DNA of 64,000 bases from Lama guanicoe (taxonomy: Eukaryota). The position numbers and the translations under genes were made by a program. This document shows positions 63,721 through 64,000 of this stretch, piece after piece. Below the pieces are notes generated by a model. It was not told the origin of the DNA and ran no database searches. It worked only from the letters and a program-made list of their open reading frames with translations. The number at the start of each line of letters is the position of its first letter. Positions within the stretch are counted from its first letter, which is position 1. The DNA is taken from the NCBI GenBank assembly GCA_013239625.1, contig MU054187.1, positions 11,057,231 to 11,121,230 of the forward strand, written 5' to 3'.

Positions 63721-64000
63721 AAAAAAAAGCCAAAGCAATTGATTTAACCTAGAAAAAAAAGAAAAGACTATGAGTAAACTGAAAAAATAGATTAGAATAA
63801 CTCATCTAGACTAAAGTTTACAGAGGAAAATAAAGGATCAAAGGAAAAGAGCATATGAGAGAAACAGGATATGTTACAAAGGATCTATTTACAGCTTCAG
63901 TTCTAGAAGAAAAGCAAGAATGGAGTACAAGAAACATTTACTGATGAGGACGAGAATTTCCCACTACCTATGGGGAAATCAAGTCTAAGATTAAAAAGCA

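Overview
AT-rich mammalian genomic DNA, most likely camelid (alpaca/llama/camel), judged from two short tRNA-Ala-like SINEs and young L1 3'-UTR copies of camelid type. I recognise no protein-coding gene, functional RNA gene, CpG island or prokaryotic-type system. The supplied ORFs are chance ORFs or read-through of decayed repeats. The window is an intergenic or deep-intronic mosaic of L1, L2, MIR, MaLR/ERV LTRs, hAT/Tigger DNA-transposon fossils and microsatellites, with unique stretches that may hold enhancers or non-coding exons. The clearest anomaly is a near-identical head-to-tail tandem duplication of about 2.35 kb (34792-37143 / 37144-39495). It has a 3-bp microhomology junction, and the differences between the copies are strongly clustered. 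Other notable items are nested solo LTRs with target-site duplications, deletion-fused repeat chimeras, an L1 5' inversion and a few splice-competent candidate exons. I found no evidence for a novel biological system. Repeat family names come from recalled consensus resemblance, and boundaries of old repeats are approximate.
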